Under the pieces are notes generated by a model. The model was not told the origin of the DNA, did not search any database, and saw only the letters and a list, made by a program, of their open reading frames with translations. Positions 56,671 to 64,000 of a stretch of DNA of 64,000 bases are shown here, piece after piece. This DNA is from the human T2T-CHM13v2.0 reference genome, Homo sapiens: assembly GCF_009914755.1 (NCBI RefSeq), contig NC_060925.1. One strand, written 5' to 3'. Positions within the stretch are counted from its first letter, which is position 1, and the number at the start of each line of letters is the position of its first letter. A program made the position numbers and the translations under genes.

Positions 56671-57403
56671 AGACCAGAGCATCTTGAATGCTCACTCGAG
56701 CCAGGCACCAGGATGCCTAAAGCAAAGCTGTTGGAGTCAGACTTTGACCTAATTGAGTTGGGGTTCCAGGAAGATCAATCTGATCATGGGACAAAACGAA
56801 ACAGTCAGTGCCTGGAGGCAGAGGCCCCGCTGAGTCTTTCTTGGGCTTCTTGGAAGAAGGCCACAAAGGTCAGGACGAGGAACAGCCGGAGAAGTGTGAC
56901 TGCATGCATGTCAAGGAGAACTCATCAGCAGGACCTCCTGCTGTGTGTGTGTGAGATGGGGCAGGGAGACGGATCTGGCACTTCTGGCCTGGAAAACTGG
57001 GCCTGGGGTGAGGATTGTGTGGTGGCTGATGGGAAGGGGAGAAATAGGCGTTTCCACCTGTGCCTTGCCTTTCAGAGTGTTGGCAGGCACAGAGTTCAGT
57101 TGGCTGCTGGACTGTGCAAGGGGGACGTGGGAGACAAGGGATCCCACAGAATCCATCTTTATGGAATCTACCTTTCAGAGAGAGCAGATCCACGTGAAAG
57201 CCAGGCTCTCGGGAGCAGTAGAGCATCTGTGATGGACCCTAGGTGAGTGGCTTGCCCAGGAGGAAAGGACATGGGCCAGGATGATCCAGGAGGGCTTTCT
57301 GAGAGGGAGGAGCCAAGCTCTCCGTGAAGGATGGATGTGCCGAGCATCAGCAGAGGAGGGAAGAGAATATTCCAGACATGTCAGGCAGATAGCAAGCACA
57401 GGG

Positions 57404-57767
57404 TGATATGGTTTCGCTGTGTCCCCACCCAAATCTCATCTTGAATTGTAGCTCCCATAATTCCCACTTGTTGTGGGAGGGACTCAGTGGGAGGTAATAG
57501 AACCATGGGGACGGGTCTTTCCCATGCTGTTCTCGTGATAGTGAATAAGTCTCACAAAATCTGATGGTTTTATAAAGGGCAGTTCCCCTGCACATGATTT
57601 CTTGCCTGCTGCCATGTAAGACATGCCTTCTCTTCTCCTTTGCCTTTCACCATGATTGTGAGGCCTCCCTAGCCATGTGGAACTGTGAGTCCCTTAAACC
57701 TCTTTCCTTTATAAATTATCCAGTCTCGGGTCTGTCTTTATTAGCAGCGTCAGAACAGACTAATACA
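57404..57767 (+). mobile_element. THE1 (B-like) solo LTR
   Basis: TGATATGGTTT...GACTAATACA; perfect TSD CAGGG. Confidence 0.96.
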
Positions 57768-57977
57768 CAGGGGCACTGGATGGGGGAGAAGGTCGTGTGG
57801 GTCGGGTCCTGCTGTTGGAAGTTGCAACCTGCGGAGGACATCGGAGAATAAGCTGGGCAGGCTGGGTGCCATCAACAGATGCCGATGCCCAGCACAACAG
57901 TAACTACAGCTCTTGCCGCATACTTCTGTTCACTCGGTGCCAGTGGGGTTATGTTGGAGCCAAGTACTGGGCAAAGC

Positions 57978-58284
<307 letters not shown>

Positions 58285-58479
58285 CTGGACTAAGCTTTTT
58301 TAAGCATATCATGTCATTTACTCTTCACAGCAGCCCACTGGGTAGATTGGGTGATTATTACAGCTTTAGAGGTATGGAAACCAAGGTTTAGAGAGATTGA
58401 GTGCTTAGCCTAAGTCACGTATCTAAAAAGTGCTGAACCTGGGTTTTAAAAAATTTTCCTTTGAGTGTAAACAAGCCAG

Positions 58480-59380
<901 letters not shown>

Positions 59381-60379
59381 AGTAATAATGACCGCATGTT
59401 TTAGACAGGATGGATGTATTCTATTGGTGAGTCTAGGAAGCATCTAGAGATGACATTTCAACTCAACAAACATTAATTGCTCGGTGTTTGGGATACAGAG
59501 CTGAGCAGGACACCCTGGACCTGGAGGTACTGGATGAGCATAGAAGAGACAACCATCCCTGTCTGTCTCCACACCCGTCAGTAAATGCTTGTGTGGTGGA
59601 TGCATCGTGAACAGGCAGGTATTAGCCTGGGGAGCTCGCTCTCCCTTGCACCTGGCTGAGTGGGCATCTGAACAAAGACACAGAGGAGACAGGCTGAGGT
59701 GAGGTTCAGTACCCCTTAGTGAGTTGTTGGTGTGGCTGGAGGAGGGAGTGCGGAGGACAGCAGGGGAAGGAAAACGAGAGGGAAGCTAGGATGTGGCTGA
59801 AAGACATTGGGGAGAGCTGGAGGGGTGGACCAGGCCTGGCAGGGCAGCCCCATCCCTGCCCCCTTGGAGGAAGTTTCCTGAACTCTCCCAGCTCCTGCAC
59901 AGGGTCTCCGGCACAGGGGGGCTTCCTAGGTGCTGCTCCCTCTCCCACTCTGCAGGCAGCTGCCGCCTCCTCCAACTCCTGGGCCTATTTTGCCCAGTCA
60001 GGGCCATTCAATTCTGCATCAAGGTGCTAAATGGGTCTCCAGCAGCTCCAGAGAAAGATCCATTTAAACCGTGTGCATATGGGGAGGAGTCTCTGGGAAG
60101 AGCAGCCCTTGTTGGATTCCTGCATTTTGCAGCCTTCTGGAACTGAGCAGCTTTTAGAATTTCAAGCCACAATTTGTATTCAAATGAAGGTCATTTGAAA
60201 GGTGTAACATAGTAAACAGCCATTATTTCATTTTGATGGTGGCACTAAAATTATAGTGTTGGTTGAATTATTTTAGTGTAGGACCATTACCATCTCCCTA
60301 AAACACTTAGAGGTGTTCTTAGAACGCTGCTACCATCCTAAAATTAGAAGAAAACTAAAAATCATGAAGCTGAGCTGGT

Positions 60380-60538
60380 GGTGGTGTAGCTGGGGGAGAG
60401 GACCCCCAGTGCTTGGGACACTGTCGCCTCATGGTGGCGTAGCTGGGGGAGAGGACCCCCGGCACCCGGGACACTGTCCTCTCATGGTGGTGTAGCTGGG
60501 GGAGAGGACCCCCGGCGTGTGCAACACTGTCCCCTCAT
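60380..60538 (+). repeat. 53-bp minisatellite, 3 copies
   Basis: TAGCTGGGGGAGAGGACCCCC at 60387, 60440 and 60493. Confidence 0.93.
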
Positions 60539-61170
60539 CTAGCTTTCCTGGCTCTCCACAGCTGTTTGAGGGCTCAGCCCACTATGTGCGCATGAAGACG
60601 GGGGAGTCTCAGTGCTGTGAATTGTGGGACATAGAAAAACGCACCCCCCTCCCACCTGTTCCTCTGTTATTCAAGTCCTTAAAATCTCACTATTGAGACC
60701 TTACCCCCATGAGCTTTTCTTTCAGAGAGAAGCACCCTTGGAGGGCGTGCCTCTTACTGACAGCCCCTCCAGGAGCACTTACTGGAGAAGCTGTGAGTCC
60801 TTTGCTCACCTGCAGCTGTGCTGAAGTCTCGCCTGTTGGGGGCCTACAAGTCGGGGTGGAGTCGAGGGCAGGTGCTGTCTTGCCTGATGGGCCCTTACCA
60901 TTCTGCTACCATTGGACATCCAGAATCCTCTGTCTCCCTCCTTAGGCCCGGGGCTCCTCTCTCTGGCCAGCCAAGGATGGAAGTGGCTGGTATTAGGTGG
61001 GCTGGAGGGGTGGGATCCCCTTTAGGGACTCTGCACTGCATTGAAGTAGCACCGGGAGTCACGAGCCCGTGGAGTGACAGACCCAGAGAGACTTACAGAT
61101 CTTCATTCTTCATGGGGCAGATCTGGAAATTGAGGCCCTAGAGGGACGTGACTTCTGTTAGGTTATACAG

Positions 61171-61539
61171 TGATTTGGTTTGTCTGTGTCCCCACCCAAA
61201 TCTCATCTTGAATTGTAGCTCCCATAATTCCCATGTGTCTTGGGAGGGACTTGGTAGGAGGTAATCAAGTCATGGCAGGGGTGGGTCTTTCCTGTGCTCT
61301 TCTCATGATAGTGACTAAGTCTCAGGAGATCTAATGGTTTTGAAAAGGGGAGTTCCCCTGCACACACACTCCTTTGCTTGCCACCATGCGAGATGTGACT
61401 TTGCTTCTCCTTTGCCTTCCGCCATGATCATGAGGCCTCCCCAGCCATGTGGAACTGTGAGTCCATTAAACCTCTTTTCTTTATAAATTACTCAGTCTTG
61501 GGTATGTCTTTATTAGCAGTGTGAGAACAGACTAATACA
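61171..61539 (+). mobile_element. THE1 solo LTR inserted in a MIR
   Basis: TGATTTGGTTTG...GACTAATACA; TSD (T/C)ACAG; MIR halves on both sides. Confidence 0.95.
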
Positions 61540-62074
61540 CACAGCAAGTCACAGAGGACACGAGATTGAGCCTAGAGCCTTGGGCTTCCTTTGCTGTCAC
61601 TGGGTGTGTGGTTCCCTCATTGGAAACCCTTGGAGTCAGTTCTGTTACAGAATTCAGAACTCTCTGGATTCCAGAGGAGTAACTGAGGGTACGTGCTGGC
61701 ACAGTCTCGGTGGCTCTGAGAACAGCCCCCAATGAGCAAACGCACTGATATTTCTGCAGTGAGACGTAAATACACCAAGTGGGACCAATAAGGGCAATAG
61801 ATGATGTCAGTTCAGATTAAATGTGGCCACTAAAAGGTGCCAAGTTGAAGAAAAAGACATTGGATTCCTGGAACTTTTAGGATTTCAGAATTTCCAATAA
61901 AGGATGTGGCCATTTCTAATAGTAGCACGTGCTCCTTGAAGAAAAGCTGAAAAATTCAAAAAGTACTTTAGAAGATGGTAATTGCCCCACATTTAATCAA
62001 TTTACAGATTTTTACTTATGTATTTTTACATAGCAGAATTTCTTACTCTGTACAATTTTGCACTCTAATTCTCA

Positions 62075-62381
62075 TTATTATTTTATTTATTTTTTTGAGG
62101 CAGGGTCTCACTCTGAAACCCAGGCCGGAGTGCAGTAGTGTGATCATGGCTCACCGCAGCCTTAACCTCCTGGGCTCAAGTGATCCTCCCATCTCAGCCT
62201 TCTGAGTAGCTGGGACCATAGGCATGCACCACTACACATGGCTAATTTTTAATTTTTTTGTGGAGACAAGGTCTCCCTATTATGTTGCCTAGGGTGGTCT
62301 TAAACTCCTGGATTCAAGTGATCCTCCTACCTCAGCTTCCCAAAGTGCTGGAATTACAGGCATGAGCCACCATGCCTGGCC
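62075..62381 (-). mobile_element. AluJ
   Basis: J-type Alu reverse complement. Confidence 0.92.
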
Positions 62382-62389
62382 TATTATTA

Positions 62390-62656
62390 TTTCTGAGACA
62401 GAATCTTGCTCTGTTGCCAGGCTGGAGTGCAGTGGTGCAATCACAGCTTGCTGCAGTGCTGACTCCTGGGCTCAAGTGATCTTTGTGCCTCAGCCTTCCA
62501 AGTAGCTAGGATAACAGGTGCACACCACCATGCCCCACTAATTTTTAAATTGTTTTGTAGAGGCAGAGTCTTGCTATGTTGCCCAGGCCTCTCTTAAACT
62601 CCTGGGCTCCAGTGATCCTCCTGCCTCAGCCTCCCAAAGTGCTGGGATTACAGGCA
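62390..62656 (-). mobile_element. AluJ (5'-truncated), in tandem with the previous Alu
   Basis: Alu reverse complement ending at GGATTACAGGCA. Confidence 0.9.
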
Positions 62657-64000
62657 TAATGTATTTTTTTGACATTTAATACATGATGTATTTTTAATTG
62701 CATTAGATAATAAATGTTTTTCTATGTTTTTAAAGAAACATTTGGATGGCTGCACAGTGTTAGGAAGCGGGCCTTCTTGACTCTCAGCCTGGTGCTTTTC
62801 TCCCTAGAGCACATGCTGCTTCTCCAGCTAGTTACACTGTAAACCCACAGAGCACTCCCTGAGTGTTCTCTGGTAGGTGCGCCGATGGCCAGTGTCTGGG
62901 AGATCCCCTAGGAGTCATCCCAGAAGCCTCCTAGAGCAGCAATGGGGAGAACAGTCTTTAGGGCTGGAGATGATGGACAGAGCTCCCAAGCTGTGCCCAG
63001 GAAGTGACATTTCCCTCTCCCATGCTGGCCACAGGCAATTGGGAATCCCATCAACTTGGAAATGAGGGCAGATCCTGGAGAGGCACCTCTCATTGCCTGT
63101 GACATGGAGAGCGGGAGGAGGGGCCAGAGTGGGGGCCTTCAGCAGGCTCCTTATGGGGGTGGGTGGCACAGCCCTTGGAACAAGTGTTTCCTGCCTGAAT
63201 TTCACCCTCGGGAGGCCCTTAGCTACTTCTTAAGTGTCCCAAGTACTTGTCTCATGATCTAGCGCCCTTCCCCAAAGTCACAGGCAGCATGGCCCCGGGT
63301 TCTGGCTCCCTGTCCCCACGCAGTTGGCAGAGCATGGCTTTAGGCTCCTCAGTGCTGCCTAGGACCCCCTCCTGGCTGCCTCCCCCTTCACTCCACAGGG
63401 ATCCTCGCTCAGCCCTCTGTGCGTAGTGGCTCTGGTTGAAGGTGCTGGCCGTAGAGGGGTGGGGAGGGGTGGGGAGCAGGAGCGATCCTGCCTCAGTGGC
63501 CCAAACTCATAGGGCTTGGTGGGGACCAGGCCAATGCAGGACAATTGGGCCTGGTTTGTGGGCCTCCTTGTCACTCTCCCATGAAGGAGTGAGTAGGGTG
63601 GAGGGAGGATTATTGGGCTAGGAGACTCTGGAGTCCTTTCTGGAGCGGGGAGCCTCTGAGGCTGACCCATGTAAACTTACCTTGATGATTCATCCTCCAA
63701 AACTCTGGGGATTGGGAACAGTCACCAGGACTTACAGAACATTCCAGATTGTGGCTCCTGTGTGCTGTCTTTATCCTGTGTTACTCTCCCCTCAGGCAGA
63801 TTGTCCAAATGTAAATTCCAGAAAGAATCTAAGAGTATGTGCGGGGAACCTTACATTCCTGGAAACTCATTCTATCTTGGTGCCATGGTCTTAGAAAATA
63901 TATTCATTTTCAGAAAGAGCTAGTGTCTATGTCCTGTGGAGCCCCCTCTACTTCTACCTGCCTTCCCTCCACTACGTTCCAGCTATACTGGCTGCCTTTC

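Noticed and set aside
60380-60538. CRISPR-like repeat/spacer appearance (also the 20.9 kb and 44.6 kb arrays)
   Set aside because: Primate DNA with no cas genes; the variable parts are homologous between units, so these are ordinary minisatellites

Overview
Primate (very likely human) non-coding genomic DNA, GC-moderate and dense in repeats. It contains about 18 Alu/FAM copies, old L1M 3' fragments, L2/MIR, THE1/MLT LTRs, and two DNA-transposon fossils (MER119-like, MER47-like). I could not identify any protein-coding exon, RNA gene or named gene. The long ORFs in the track are explained by simple repeats, VNTRs or transposons. Between the repeats are several AT-rich, motif-dense unique blocks that look like conserved enhancers. 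A GC/CpG-rich island at ~42.4-44.5 kb is built around a ~150-bp degenerate GC-box array that ends in an inverted pair of TATAAA motifs. The antisense bias of L1/LTR elements suggests a large intron of a + strand transcription unit (inference). The most notable observations are: two short non-tandem local duplications (9.8->11.3 kb, 49.2->51.3 kb), a THE1 LTR carrying the CCTCCCT recombination-hotspot variant, two Alus inserted successively at one target site, a G-quadruplex-prone 18-bp VNTR, a 50-nt hairpin, and a palindromic double E-box element. I found no convincing novel biological system. Repeat subfamily calls come from recalled consensus sequences, and boundaries are approximate.
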